Positions 1 through 9,198 of a stretch of DNA of 64,000 nt are shown here, in pieces. Source of the DNA: Chloroflexaceae bacterium (GTDB lineage Bacteria > Chloroflexota > Chloroflexia > Chloroflexales > Chloroflexaceae); assembly GCA_034436755.1 (NCBI GenBank), contig DAOTVB010000015.1:56516-120515 (forward strand), in the 5' to 3' direction. A program made the translations under genes and the position numbers. Positions within the stretch are counted from its first letter, which is position 1; every line of letters starts with the position of its first letter. Below the pieces are notes generated by a model. The model worked only from the letters and a program-made list of their open reading frames with translations, had not been told where the DNA came from and did no database searches.

Positions 1-257
1 AGCACATAGCCCGGCTATTGCATGGCCGGGAGTCCCGGCTTTCGTCAGTGGGATGCCTGCCTCGGCAGCAGCATACTGAGGGGGAAGTCTGATCCGGCTG
101 AAGCCGGGCCTCCTGAGCGTCGCTATCCGGGTCACATGAAATGTCCGGGTTGAATGCCAACCACATAACTCCAGTTTATTTGTACGATGCTGATCATTTA
201 CAACAGCATGCGTGCCGTTGCACATAATCAGCAGCAATTTAGGTAAGGAAGAGAACT

Positions 258-1478
258 GTGACGAGCACAATTCAGCAGAGTAGTCCCCGCCTGAGCAAGC
301 GGCTGGCACGCCTGCAGCCATCGGCCACGGTCGGACTGGGCAACCAGATCGCGCAGTTGCGCGCCCAGGGGATCTCGATCATCTCCTTCGGCCAGGGCGA
401 GCCCGACTTCCCAACACCCGCACCGATCAAGGCAGCGGCCATAGCCGCAATCGAGACCAATCAGACCCGCTACACGCCGACCGGGGGCATTATGGACCTG
501 CGGCGGGCCATCGCCGCGCGGGTCACGCAGCATACCGGCATCAACTACACGCCCAACCAGATCTCGGTGACCACCGGGGCCAAGGAAGCGATCTTCCTCG
601 CCTTCCAGTCACTCTGCGACGAGGGCGAAGAGGTGATTGTGCCCGCGCCCTACTGGGTCAGCTATGTAGAGCAGGTGCGTCTCGCAGGCGCGGTGCCGGT
701 CGTGATCGACACTGATGAGTCCACCGGCTTCAAGATTACGGCGGAGCAACTGCAGGCGCATCTGTCGCCCCGCACTCGCGCGCTTATCCTTAATACGCCC
801 TCCAACCCGACCGGCACGGTCTACACAGAAGAGGAACTGGCGGCACTGGCGGGTGTGCTGCGTGGCACACCGGTGGTCGTCATCAGCGACGAGATCTATG
901 ATGCAATCTGCTATGTGGACTATGCTCGCTGGCTGCGGGTGGCCCCCGACTTTGCCGACCGCACCCTGGTGATCAACGGCGCATCCAAGACCTACGCTAT
1001 GACCGGCTGGCGCATCGGCTATGTGGCCGGCCCCGAAGGGATTGTCGGGCCAATCCGCTCGATTCAGAGCCACTCCACCACGCACCCGGCCTCGATTGCG
1101 CAGCATGCGGCACTGGCCGCCTTCACGCCCTCGGAGGAACTGGCGCAGATAGTGGCCGGCATGGTGCAGGCGTTCCACGAGCGGCGCGACCTGATTATCG
1201 CCGCCCTGCAGGAGATCGCCGGTGTCACCTGCATGGTGCCGGACGGGGCGTTTTATGTCTTCCCCAATGTCAGCAGCCTGCTGAACCGTCCGCTCAAGGA
1301 GGGTGCGGTCTGCGCAACCGCCAGCGATCTGGCCGAGTATCTGCTGGATCAGGCGCGCATCGGGGTGGTGCCGGGTGAGGCTTTCGGCGCACCGGGCTAC
1401 CTGCGGCTCTCCTACGCGCAGAGCAACGCCGACATTGCCGAGGGCATGCGCCGCTTTGCGGAGGCGGTGGCGGGGTAA
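258..1478 (+). CDS. Class I/II aminotransferase, aspartate aminotransferase-like; GTG start
   Basis: Full-length 406-aa ORF with the typical AspAT N-terminal pattern (SxRLxxLxPSATVxL...IISFGQGEPDFPTP) and a PLP-enzyme C-terminus. Confidence 0.88.
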   Translation: MTSTIQQSSPRLSKRLARLQPSATVGLGNQIAQLRAQGISIISFGQGEPDFPTPAPIKAAAIAAIETNQTRYTPTGGIMDLRRAIAARVTQHTGINYTPNQISVTTGAKEAIFLAFQSLCDEGEEVIVPAPYWVSYVEQVRLAGAVPVVIDTDESTGFKITAEQLQAHLSPRTRALILNTPSNPTGTVYTEEELAALAGVLRGTPVVVISDEIYDAICYVDYARWLRVAPDFADRTLVINGASKTYAMTGWRIGYVAGPEGIVGPIRSIQSHSTTHPASIAQHAALAAFTPSEELAQIVAGMVQAFHERRDLIIAALQEIAGVTCMVPDGAFYVFPNVSSLLNRPLKEGAVCATASDLAEYLLDQARIGVVPGEAFGAPGYLRLSYAQSNADIAEGMRRFAEAVAG

Positions 1479-1496
1479 TCGAGAGAACACAGAACA

Positions 1497-1903
1497 AAGA
1501 AATACAGCCGTAGGAGGCATGCTATCCACCGTTCGGCTGTATTCCAGCAGCCGTAGCCGTAGCCGTAGGGTGCATTGTATGCACCGTTCTGCTATATTCC
1601 AGCGGTAGGGTGCATGCTATCCACCGTTCGGCTATATTCCAGCAGCCGTAGCCGTAGTAGCCGTAGGGTGCATTGTATGCACCGTTCTGCTGTATTCCAG
1701 CAGCCGTAGTAGGGTGCATTGTATGCACCGTTCTGCTGTATTCCAGCAGCCGTAGCCGTAGGGTGCATTGTATGCACCGTTCTGCTGTATTCCAGCAGCC
1801 GTAGCCGTAGTAGCCGTAGGATGCATGCTATTCACCGTTCTGCTGTATTCCAGCAGCCGTAGGGGGCATGCTATCCACCGTTCGGCTGTATCCAGAAGAA
1901 GGT
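1497..1903. repeat. Complex tandem minisatellite: about 8 units of 38-60 bp, each with two short hairpins, interspersed with (CCGTAG)n / TAG hexamer runs
   Basis: Direct reading. The unit is gggtgcattgtatgcaccgttctgctgtattccagcag. A variant unit reads ggcatgctatccaccgttcggctgtattccagcag. Units are separated by 1-3 copies of ccgtag. Confidence 0.9.
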
Positions 1904-1947
1904 AATCGCAGGGGTGAAAGTCGTTTCGCCCCACCGAGGTACATCCA

Positions 1948-2814
1948 ATGCCGGTTTTATCTTCCGCAACCAGAACCGCTTTCACCGCCGGGGCAGCCGG
2001 GGCGGATCGCTTTGCCTACGGCTGGCGCTATGTGCGGCGTACGCTGGAGAATGGGGCCGAGGTGGTGGAACAGGTGCCGCTCACCCGCGCCGATCTGCTG
2101 CATCCCCAGGAGGAAGATGTTATTTTACATAGCAGCGAACATGAGCGCACCTGCACCTACCTCCAGAATGTACTCGAGGCGCGCCTGGCAACTGATCCTA
2201 CCGCCGTCATCCTGCGGGATGTGCGCGTCGCCTGGGATGTCCCGGATGTGCAACCGCTCGGTCCGGACATCGCGGTGATCTTGGGCGTACAGGCGCAGAA
2301 AAACTGGAGCACGTTCGATGCCGCCGTTGAAGGCGTAAGCCCCGCGCTGATTATCGAAGTCACCTCACCGGAAACCCGCTCCCTCGACCTGATTGATAAG
2401 GTTGATGAGTATGACATGGCGGGTGTACCGCTGTACGTCATCGTTGATCTCTACCGGCGACGGGGGCACACCCGCATACGGTTGCTGGCCTATCACCAGT
2501 CACCCGACGGTCTGACGCCGCTCACGCCGGATGAACGCGGCTGGTTCTGGCTGGAACCAGTCGGTATCTGGATCGGCACCCAGGCGGATCGGGCTGTTTG
2601 CTATGATGCTGCGGGCAACCCGCTAGAAGATTATGTCAGCGTAAGCACGGCCCGGATCGCAGCCGAAAACCGCGCAATGGCGGCGGAAGCGCGCGCCGTT
2701 GCGGCCGAAGCCCGTGCAGACCGGGCCGAGGCGCAGATGACAGCGTTTGAGGCTCGCCTGCAGGCCCTGGAAGCGGAACTCCGCCGATTACGCGGCGAGG
2801 AAAATCCCGAATGA
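1948..2814 (+). CDS. Uma2 family (DUF820) restriction-endonuclease-like protein with a C-terminal coiled-coil tail
   Basis: 288-aa ORF with a PD-(D/E)xK-like core (IIEVTSPETRSLDLIDKVDEYDMAGVPLYVIVDL) typical of Uma2. The C-terminus AENRAMAAEARAVAAEARADRAE is Ala/Glu/Arg-rich. Confidence 0.72.
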   Translation: MPVLSSATRTAFTAGAAGADRFAYGWRYVRRTLENGAEVVEQVPLTRADLLHPQEEDVILHSSEHERTCTYLQNVLEARLATDPTAVILRDVRVAWDVPDVQPLGPDIAVILGVQAQKNWSTFDAAVEGVSPALIIEVTSPETRSLDLIDKVDEYDMAGVPLYVIVDLYRRRGHTRIRLLAYHQSPDGLTPLTPDERGWFWLEPVGIWIGTQADRAVCYDAAGNPLEDYVSVSTARIAAENRAMAAEARAVAAEARADRAEAQMTAFEARLQALEAELRRLRGEENPE

Positions 2815-3821
2815 CGGACGGGCAGTACGCCGCGCTGGTTCCGCGCCTGGCCGGTTTGCGGGTGCTGGTTGTGGGCGATGTCTCGCTTGACGAGTATGTC
2901 TTCGGGCACGCCACGCGGCTCTCCCGCGAAGCGCCGATCCCGGTCCTGGAGTGGATGCGGCGCGAAATTATCCTGGGTGGCGCGGCCAATCCCGCTCGCA
3001 ATATCGTGGCCCTGGGTAGCAGCACCACCCAGGTAGGCGTCGTCGGTGATGATGCGGAGGGCGAGCAACTGCGCGCGGCCCTGCGGGAGGCCGGCATCTC
3101 GCCCGCCGGTCTGATCACCAGCACCCGGCGGCCCACCACCACCAAAACCCGCATTCTCTCGCACGAACCGCCCCGTCTGCCGCAGCAGGTTGCCCGTATT
3201 GATCGACTCGCCCGGCACGAACTGACACCCACCGATGAGCAGCGGATCATCGCCATGCTGGAGACCCATATACCGCAGGTAGACGCCGTGCTCTGCTCCG
3301 ATTATCAACTTGGCCTGCTAACGCCGCGCGTGGTTGATATTATTCGGTTATTGTGCCGGCAGCATGGTGTGCTGCTAACGGTTGATGCACAGGGGAATTC
3401 GCACTACTACCGGGGGGTTGATCTATTTCGCTGCAACGATGCGGAAGCTGCCGCCGCACTTCAACGGTCGCTGGAGACGGAAGCGGAGTTTCGGGCAGGG
3501 CTGACCGAGTTGCAGGCCCGGTTGCAAGCGCGCCTGGTCATCGTCACCCGTGGCCCGGAGGGGCTGTCACTGCTGGGTGAAACAGTTGAGTATATGCATC
3601 TGCCCGCAACCAATATGAGCGAGGTGTACGATACCACCGGCGCGGGTGATACCTTTATCGCCGTGGCAACCCTGGCGCTGGCCGCGCACCTCGATCCATA
3701 CACTACAGCTCACCTGGCCAACGCCGCCGCCGCCCAGGTTGTACGTCGGCTAGGCAATGCTGTGGTGACACCGGCCGAGTTGATGCAGGCGGCAATTGCG
3801 GTACAGCATACGAAAACGTAG
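2811..3821 (+). CDS. PfkB-family carbohydrate kinase, RfaE/HldE domain I-like (heptose-7-phosphate kinase-like)
   Basis: 336-aa ORF with a ribokinase-fold N-terminus (LVVGDVSLDEY) and the C-terminal TTGAGDTF anion-hole motif. The start overlaps the Uma2 stop as ATGA. Confidence 0.7.
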   Translation: MTDGQYAALVPRLAGLRVLVVGDVSLDEYVFGHATRLSREAPIPVLEWMRREIILGGAANPARNIVALGSSTTQVGVVGDDAEGEQLRAALREAGISPAGLITSTRRPTTTKTRILSHEPPRLPQQVARIDRLARHELTPTDEQRIIAMLETHIPQVDAVLCSDYQLGLLTPRVVDIIRLLCRQHGVLLTVDAQGNSHYYRGVDLFRCNDAEAAAALQRSLETEAEFRAGLTELQARLQARLVIVTRGPEGLSLLGETVEYMHLPATNMSEVYDTTGAGDTFIAVATLALAAHLDPYTTAHLANAAAAQVVRRLGNAVVTPAELMQAAIAVQHTKT

Positions 3822-4115
3822 GGCAAGAAGAGATAACCGGAGTAGACCCATTCCCCACGCTGGATCTGCGATGGCGCGTGTGGTTCCAAGTTCGTGCGGG
3901 TCGCTCCAGAAAAGCTGTGACCCAAAGCAATCTGCTTGCCATCGCTTCGGGCTCATTCTAGCGAGCGCTATACGGCACAAAATAGTAAGGTCATGACACC
4001 CAGAATCCCGGTACACGGACATTGTCACCGGGATTAGCGCAGTTAGTAGAAATGGTTGGCAGGGCCACCCCACCCGACCCACCCCTGCATCAGTGAAGGC
4101 GCAAGAGCATGCGGG

Positions 4116-4481
4116 TCAGGCAGTGGTAGCACTCTTAAAGCCCTGGAGGGCTTCATCCTCATCCTGATAGATCTCAGCATACTGGGCCAGGCCGACCATG
4201 CGGAAAATTTTCTGAAAATGCTGTGACAGACCGCTGACCGCAAGCTTCTGATTATTCCGATTAACCTCAGTGACGATACCGATCAGAATGGCAATACCGG
4301 CACTGTTGATGTAATCATTCTGGCGAAAGTTGAGCAGCACATACCGGGCGCCCCCCTCGGTAACTTCCCGATAAGCGCTGTTTATTTTCTCTTCAGCAAA
4401 TGTTGTGACATCACCCATCAAATCAATGATTGCCACCCCTTCGCGCTGGCGAATTCCTACATTCAATTCATCTTCTAGCAT
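4116..4481 (-). CDS. STAS-domain anti-sigma-factor antagonist (SpoIIAA/RsbV-like)
   Basis: 121-aa product beginning MLEDELNVGIRQREGVAIIDLMGDV. The STAS fold pattern includes the conserved NSAGI phospho-Ser loop. The internal ATG is preferred over the ORF-track start. Confidence 0.8.
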   Translation of the reverse strand: MLEDELNVGIRQREGVAIIDLMGDVTTFAEEKINSAYREVTEGGARYVLLNFRQNDYINSAGIAILIGIVTEVNRNNQKLAVSGLSQHFQKIFRMVGLAQYAEIYQDEDEALQGFKSATTA

Positions 4482-4558
4482 GCCAACCTTACTCCTTATA
4501 TACACTATGATATAGCCACTAGCGTTGGGGCCTGGAGACTCCTTGCAATATTCCTGAG

Positions 4559-5032
4559 CTATTCGGTGGGTTGACTGGTAACATGCTCGGCAGTATGCTG
4601 CCGATACAATGTCAGGCGAAACCGATTACCGTCCTGCGAATTGGGATCAAACCCGGCCTCATCCATCAACTGACCAATCAGCAGCAACCCCATGCCCCGC
4701 ATCGATCCGAGGCCGGCCAGTTTATCGGCCATACTCAGCGGCATCTGCGCGGGTGTGTGATGCTTCAATCCCTGGTCATGTATCTCTACCAGCAGGCGAT
4801 TATTGTCGCATGTACAGGCAACATTGACCCGCAGATTGGGGGCCAGCATATTGCCATGCTCGATCGCGTTAATACATGCCTCAGACAACGCTGTTTTGAG
4901 ATCCTCGACACGTTCATGGGTAAACCCCATCCGCAACGCAAACGCCGCAACTGCATCACGCGCGATAACTTCATAGCCGAGTTCACTTGGGATGGAGAGT
5001 TCCATATTTGCCGAGTAATACGTTGTTTTCAT
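4559..5032 (-). CDS. Anti-sigma regulatory factor, RsbW/SpoIIAB-like serine kinase (HATPase_c)
   Basis: 157 aa. It has the N-box (EAxxNAIEHG) and G-box (GMGLLLI) of GHKL ATPases. Confidence 0.75.
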   Translation of the reverse strand: MKTTYYSANMELSIPSELGYEVIARDAVAAFALRMGFTHERVEDLKTALSEACINAIEHGNMLAPNLRVNVACTCDNNRLLVEIHDQGLKHHTPAQMPLSMADKLAGLGSMRGMGLLLIGQLMDEAGFDPNSQDGNRFRLTLYRQHTAEHVTSQPTE

Positions 5033-5487
5033 CGTTCGAGGTGGATTACCATACGCACCTGATTGCCACCACTCGGTGCTGTTGTAAATTCAACTTCATC
5101 TACCAATTCACGAATTAACCAGATGCCCCAACCACCTTTATCAGATTTATCCAGAATATCTTCGATATGGGGCGTGCGGGTAACACTGTTTTGATCAAGC
5201 AACTGACGACCCTGATCCGCGACACTGACAATCAACTCATCGTCACGCACAGTCAGCAGAACCACAACCTTCATGGCGGCATCATGCTGGTTGCCATGTT
5301 CAATCGCATTCGTCACCGCTTCACTGACAGCCGTCTTGAGGGCATCAATGCGGTCTCCTTGAAACCCCATCCGGCGGGCAAGTGAGGAGGCCGTATCCAT
5401 TGCGACACGTTCGTACCCGAGCCTGCTTGGTAGGCGTAGCTCAATGATCTTTTCGAGAGGTTTCGTTTCTGATTTGTTATTGCTCAT
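5029..5487 (-). CDS. Anti-sigma regulatory factor, RsbW-like serine kinase, paralog
   Basis: About 152 aa from the internal Met (MSNNKSE...). Motifs are EAVTNAIEHG and GGWGIWLI. The stop overlaps the start of the downstream paralog. Confidence 0.72.
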   Translation of the reverse strand: MSNNKSETKPLEKIIELRLPSRLGYERVAMDTASSLARRMGFQGDRIDALKTAVSEAVTNAIEHGNQHDAAMKVVVLLTVRDDELIVSVADQGRQLLDQNSVTRTPHIEDILDKSDKGGWGIWLIRELVDEVEFTTAPSGGNQVRMVIHLER

Positions 5488-5671
5488 GCCCGCGTCACCT
5501 GTACGTTGACCAGGACCGTCGCATTGCACGGATGGTCGTCATTGGTGCTGATAATAATCACCCTGGTTGGTCTACCCTGGTTCGTGTTGTCACAGCCGGA
5601 CTCGCGCCTGGATCATGCCAAACCTTTTTGGAACAACATAGAGGAGCCGCCCCAAAATGGACCCTGTCCGC

Positions 5672-5885
5672 GCGTACTCCTTTATTTACACGCGTTACGC
5701 GGTTGCTCACCCAAAAGAAAATGTCGCCTCCGGCAGGGCGGAAGCAAACAGATCTTTTGCACAAAAAAGTTCACAACGTGAATTTTTTTGTGCAAAAGAA
5801 AAAAGCGTCCCATGCTGCCGCAGGCAAATCAGGCTTCCATCGGGTCAAACGTCCGGGTTGCATGTCAACCGCGTAACTCGTGTTA
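5672..5885. repeat. Modular palindromic intergenic repeat element, copy 1, inverted orientation; central hairpin 5759-5793
   Basis: Contains cgcctccggcagggcgg, the T-run/perfect-hairpin/A-run core gcacaaaaaagttcacaacgtgaatttttttgtgc, catgctgccgcaggc and ccgcgtaactcgtgt. Confidence 0.85.
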
Positions 5886-6160
5886 TGTATATTGTACCAG
5901 GTAACAGCAGACCGTTGTATGTTGCAAGGCGCGAAACAAAAAGAAAATCCTGAACAGGATAAGACGCAGGTACCCTCTGCGTGCGGCTCCTGTCACGGCT
6001 TCCACCGCACATATACACGACTACTAAAGTATCTTAGCATAACTATTGTTGATGTTGCAATAGGACTGAAGTTCGATTGGCTGCTACGACGTTTTCCCAG
6101 GTAGCCTGTGTATTTATACGCTGCTACCGACAACTGGTAGCAGCGCGTAGGGTTACAACC

Positions 6161-7723
6161 TTACAGTGGAATATTACCATGCTTCCGCGCGGGCAGGCTC
6201 TGCCGTTTGGTGCGTGCCAGACGCAACGCCCGAATGAGGGTCGGGCGGCTCTCACGCGGCTCGATGACGGCGTCGATATAGCCCCGCTCGGCGGCGGCGT
6301 ACGGGTTGGCAAAGCGGTTCAGGTAATCCTGTGCCAGTTCTTGCTGCCGCTGCGCCGGATCTTCGGCCTCGGCAATTTCTTTGCGGAAGATAATCCGGAC
6401 GGCGGCATCCACGCCCATCACGGCAATCTCGGCGGTAGGCCAGGCAAAGTTGAAGTCAGCGCGGATATGCTTGCTCGCCATCACATCGTATGCGCCGCCA
6501 TAGGCTTTGCGCGTGATCAGCGTGAGTTTGGGCACTGTCGCCTCGCAGTAGGCGTAGAGCAGCTTGGCCCCATGCCGAATAATGCCGCCATACTCCTGCT
6601 GCGTTCCGGGGAGAAAGCCGGGAACATCAACCAGAGTCAGCAGCGGAATATTGAATGCGTCACAGAAGCGCACAAAGCGCGCGCCCTTGATCGAACTATC
6701 AATATCCAGCGTTCCGGCCAGATGCATCGGCTGGTTCGCCACCACGCCGACAACATGCCCATCCAGGCGAGCAAAGCCAATCGTGATATTGCGCGCCCAG
6801 AAGGGCTGAACTTCGAAAAAGAAGCCGTCGTCAACGATGGCCTCAATTGCCGTGGTAATATCATAGGGACGGCGCGGGTTGTCGGGGATAAGCGTTTGCA
6901 ACTCATCTTCCATCCGCTCCGGGTCATCTTCGGGGGGAATGTAGGGCGGGTCATCCATATTATTCAGGGGCAGGAAGGAGAGCAGCGTGCGCATCTGCTC
7001 AAAGCACTCCTGCTCATCCTCAATGGCAAAGTGCGCCACCCCACTGCGGCTGTTGTGGACCATTGCGCCGCCCAGGTCTTCAAAGCCGACTTCCTCTCCC
7101 GTGACCGTCTTGATCACATCCGGCCCGGTGATGTACATCTGGCCCACGCCCTTGACCATCATAATAAAATCGGTCATAATTGGCGAGTAGACTGCGCCAC
7201 CGGCACATGGCCCGGCAATAATCGAGAGTTGCGGGATCACACCGCTGCTCATCACATTGCGATAGAAGATCTCGGCATACCCACCCAGTGACACCACACC
7301 TTCCTGGATCCGCGCACCACCGCTATCATTGATGCCAATGCATGGCACACCCATGCGCAGCGCCAGGTCCATCACTTTACAGATCTTCTCGGCAAACACC
7401 TCGCCCAATGATCCGCCAAACACCGTAAAATCCTGGGCGAAGACACAAACAGAGCGACCATCTATCGTTCCATGGCCGGTGATAACACCATCGCCAAGCG
7501 GTTTCCGGCGTTCCATACCGAAGGCCGTATTCCGATGCACCGCCATAGCATCAAGTTCAATAAACGAGCCGGGATCGATCAGGGCATCGATCCGCTCGCG
7601 CGCGGTCAGTTTGCCGCGCTCATGCTGCTTCTGCGCTGCTTTGGGATCAATCGTCGTCGCCTTCTCACGACGCTGCCGGAGGTCTTCAATCCGTTCGGCG
7701 GTGGTTGCGGTGGTTACTGACAT
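6161..7723 (-). CDS. pccB: Acyl-CoA carboxylase carboxyltransferase subunit (propionyl-CoA carboxylase beta / methylmalonyl-CoA carboxyltransferase family)
   Basis: 520-aa ORF with a strong family signature ([46 protein letters not shown]). AGGAG RBS upstream. Confidence 0.9.
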   Translation of the reverse strand: MSVTTATTAERIEDLRQRREKATTIDPKAAQKQHERGKLTARERIDALIDPGSFIELDAMAVHRNTAFGMERRKPLGDGVITGHGTIDGRSVCVFAQDFTVFGGSLGEVFAEKICKVMDLALRMGVPCIGINDSGGARIQEGVVSLGGYAEIFYRNVMSSGVIPQLSIIAGPCAGGAVYSPIMTDFIMMVKGVGQMYITGPDVIKTVTGEEVGFEDLGGAMVHNSRSGVAHFAIEDEQECFEQMRTLLSFLPLNNMDDPPYIPPEDDPERMEDELQTLIPDNPRRPYDITTAIEAIVDDGFFFEVQPFWARNITIGFARLDGHVVGVVANQPMHLAGTLDIDSSIKGARFVRFCDAFNIPLLTLVDVPGFLPGTQQEYGGIIRHGAKLLYAYCEATVPKLTLITRKAYGGAYDVMASKHIRADFNFAWPTAEIAVMGVDAAVRIIFRKEIAEAEDPAQRQQELAQDYLNRFANPYAAAERGYIDAVIEPRESRPTLIRALRLARTKRQSLPARKHGNIPL

Positions 7724-7900
7724 CGCTAACTCCTGTTATATTCCAGGCGATAAACCGCACAGCATGCGCGACACACCAGCGGTAGGTGAGGGGAGTGACC
7801 GGGTACGTCGGCATTTCAGGTAATGAGATATGTTGCGTTAAAGCACCGCGAGGATGCGTCTCAATTGAGTAAGGTCAAGTATAGCATAAAATTTGCAACC

Positions 7901-8635
7901 CTACGTTTTTCGCCCACTCCGCAGCACCCGCCAGGAAAAGAGTGGCACGGCAATCAGAATCCGCCGCCAGCGCCGGGGTTGCCGCAGCAGTCGGTAGAGC
8001 CATTCCAACCCCAACCGCCGCAGCCAGGCCGGCGCCAGTGGTACCCGGCCTGCCAGGTAGTCAAAGACACCGCCCACCCCGATGGCAACCGGAATGCGCA
8101 GTTCGGGCTGGTTGCGGGCAATCCAGAGATCCTGCGCGGGATGGCCGTAGGCTACCAGCAGCACATCGGGATGGGCGGCGGTGATCAGTTGGCGCAGAAA
8201 TGGTTCATGGCGCGGATGGGGCGATCCGGCGTAGCAGCCGGCAATACAAAGACCGGGATATCGCGCGGTCAGAACGGCGGCGGCCTGCTCGGCTACACCG
8301 GGAGCGGCTCCCAACAAGAAGAGGCGATACCCGCGCGTTGCGGCCAGTGCGGCGATCCGCTGCGTCAGTTCGACGCCAGTGACCCGCCCACACAGCGGCA
8401 TACCCAGCCAGCGCGCAGCCAGCAGTAAGCCGAAGCCATCCGGGGTGGCCAGGTCGGCCTGACGCAGCACCGCACGAAAGGCCGCGTTATGCTGCGCTTC
8501 CATCACAAATTCCGGGTTGACGGTGACAATCTGGTGGGGTCCGCCCTGTTCGATGCAGGCGGCAACCCGCGCAACTGCATTCGCTATGGTGATATTATCG
8601 ACCGGCACACCCAGAATCGAAATGCGACTGTTCAT
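7901..8635 (-). CDS. WecB/TagA/CpsF-family glycosyltransferase
   Basis: 244 aa; conserved pattern (ISILGVPVDNIT, FLLGAAPGV, CYAGSPHP). Confidence 0.78.
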   Translation of the reverse strand: MNSRISILGVPVDNITIANAVARVAACIEQGGPHQIVTVNPEFVMEAQHNAAFRAVLRQADLATPDGFGLLLAARWLGMPLCGRVTGVELTQRIAALAATRGYRLFLLGAAPGVAEQAAAVLTARYPGLCIAGCYAGSPHPRHEPFLRQLITAAHPDVLLVAYGHPAQDLWIARNQPELRIPVAIGVGGVFDYLAGRVPLAPAWLRRLGLEWLYRLLRQPRRWRRILIAVPLFSWRVLRSGRKT

Positions 8636-8650
8636 CTGGTTTATTCATAT

Positions 8651-8735
8651 GACAGGACTTACGCGGTGCGCATTCACACGGGACATTTCACCCGATGGCA
8701 GCACGGTACGCACTCCTCCGCCGGGCAACGATCCC
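8651..8735. repeat. Degenerate, hairpin-less copy of the modular repeat element
   Basis: Contains gacaggacttacgcggtg, then gatggcagcacggtacgcactcctccgccgggc. These match modules of full copies (cf. 36440 and 23948). Confidence 0.5.
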
Positions 8736-9198
8736 CACTTGTGCGACAACCATGGCGCTCTCGCAGCAACAATCTTGCCGATAAAGGTAAGTGAGTGGCT
8801 TGCTGCCGCAGGCGCAACGCGTCGTACATTCTGATATTGATTGTCCCGATTATATAGCGAACAGCGCACAAAGCAACCGAGCGCAAACCCGCACGATCGG
8901 TCTCTGTCCGGTACCGGGTTGTGCTCTATCCGGTGAACCTCTGTTCTTGCTATCGTCCAGAATTCGCGCGGGCCATGCACCATGCTATAATGCCCGCATC
9001 CTGAATGAAAGTTGGGGAGTGTGCTGTTTCTTTCAGGTATAAGCAATTTTGCCGGAGCGCATGGGCATGCCATCCGGCGTTCGGGTCTGGCACGAGACAG
9101 GAACAGTCCACACCACGTAAGTCGTGTTATTGAGAATGGCCCTGATGTTCCATTTGTAGCGCAAACCAGAATCTACGGATAAGAGGAGTTACGACACT

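Noticed and set aside
1497-1903. Possible CRISPR array (regular 38-bp repeats with intervening sequence)
   Set aside because: The spacers are only 6-18 bp and are themselves (CCGTAG)n hexamer repeats rather than unique sequences. No cas genes are present. The repeats come as two alternating variants. This is a minisatellite, not a CRISPR array.
6077-7291. Long antisense ORFs opposite real genes
   Set aside because: These ORFs are 6077..7291, 7823..8428, 9529..10215, 17777..18982, 34971..36344, 41012..42043, 49176..50756, 52371..54761 and 58121..60283. Each lies opposite a CDS with clear family signatures. High GC produces long antisense open frames. Their composition is Arg/Pro/Gly-rich and no RBS is present.
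8645-9073. 142-aa ORF on minus strand in the aspS upstream region
   Set aside because: It overlaps a degenerate repeat-element copy. The composition is Cys/His/Arg-rich and random-looking. There is no RBS and no family resemblance.
8636-9198. T-box leader upstream of aspS / RNase P or SRP RNA at 1-257 and 18608-18820
   Set aside because: No GGGTGGNACCGCG T-box core was found. No RNase P (GGAAAGTCCGGGCTCC, ACAGAANCCGGCTTA) and no SRP domain IV (GGAAGCAGCCAAGGCAG) match on either strand. I could only scan by eye, so an Infernal search would be definitive.
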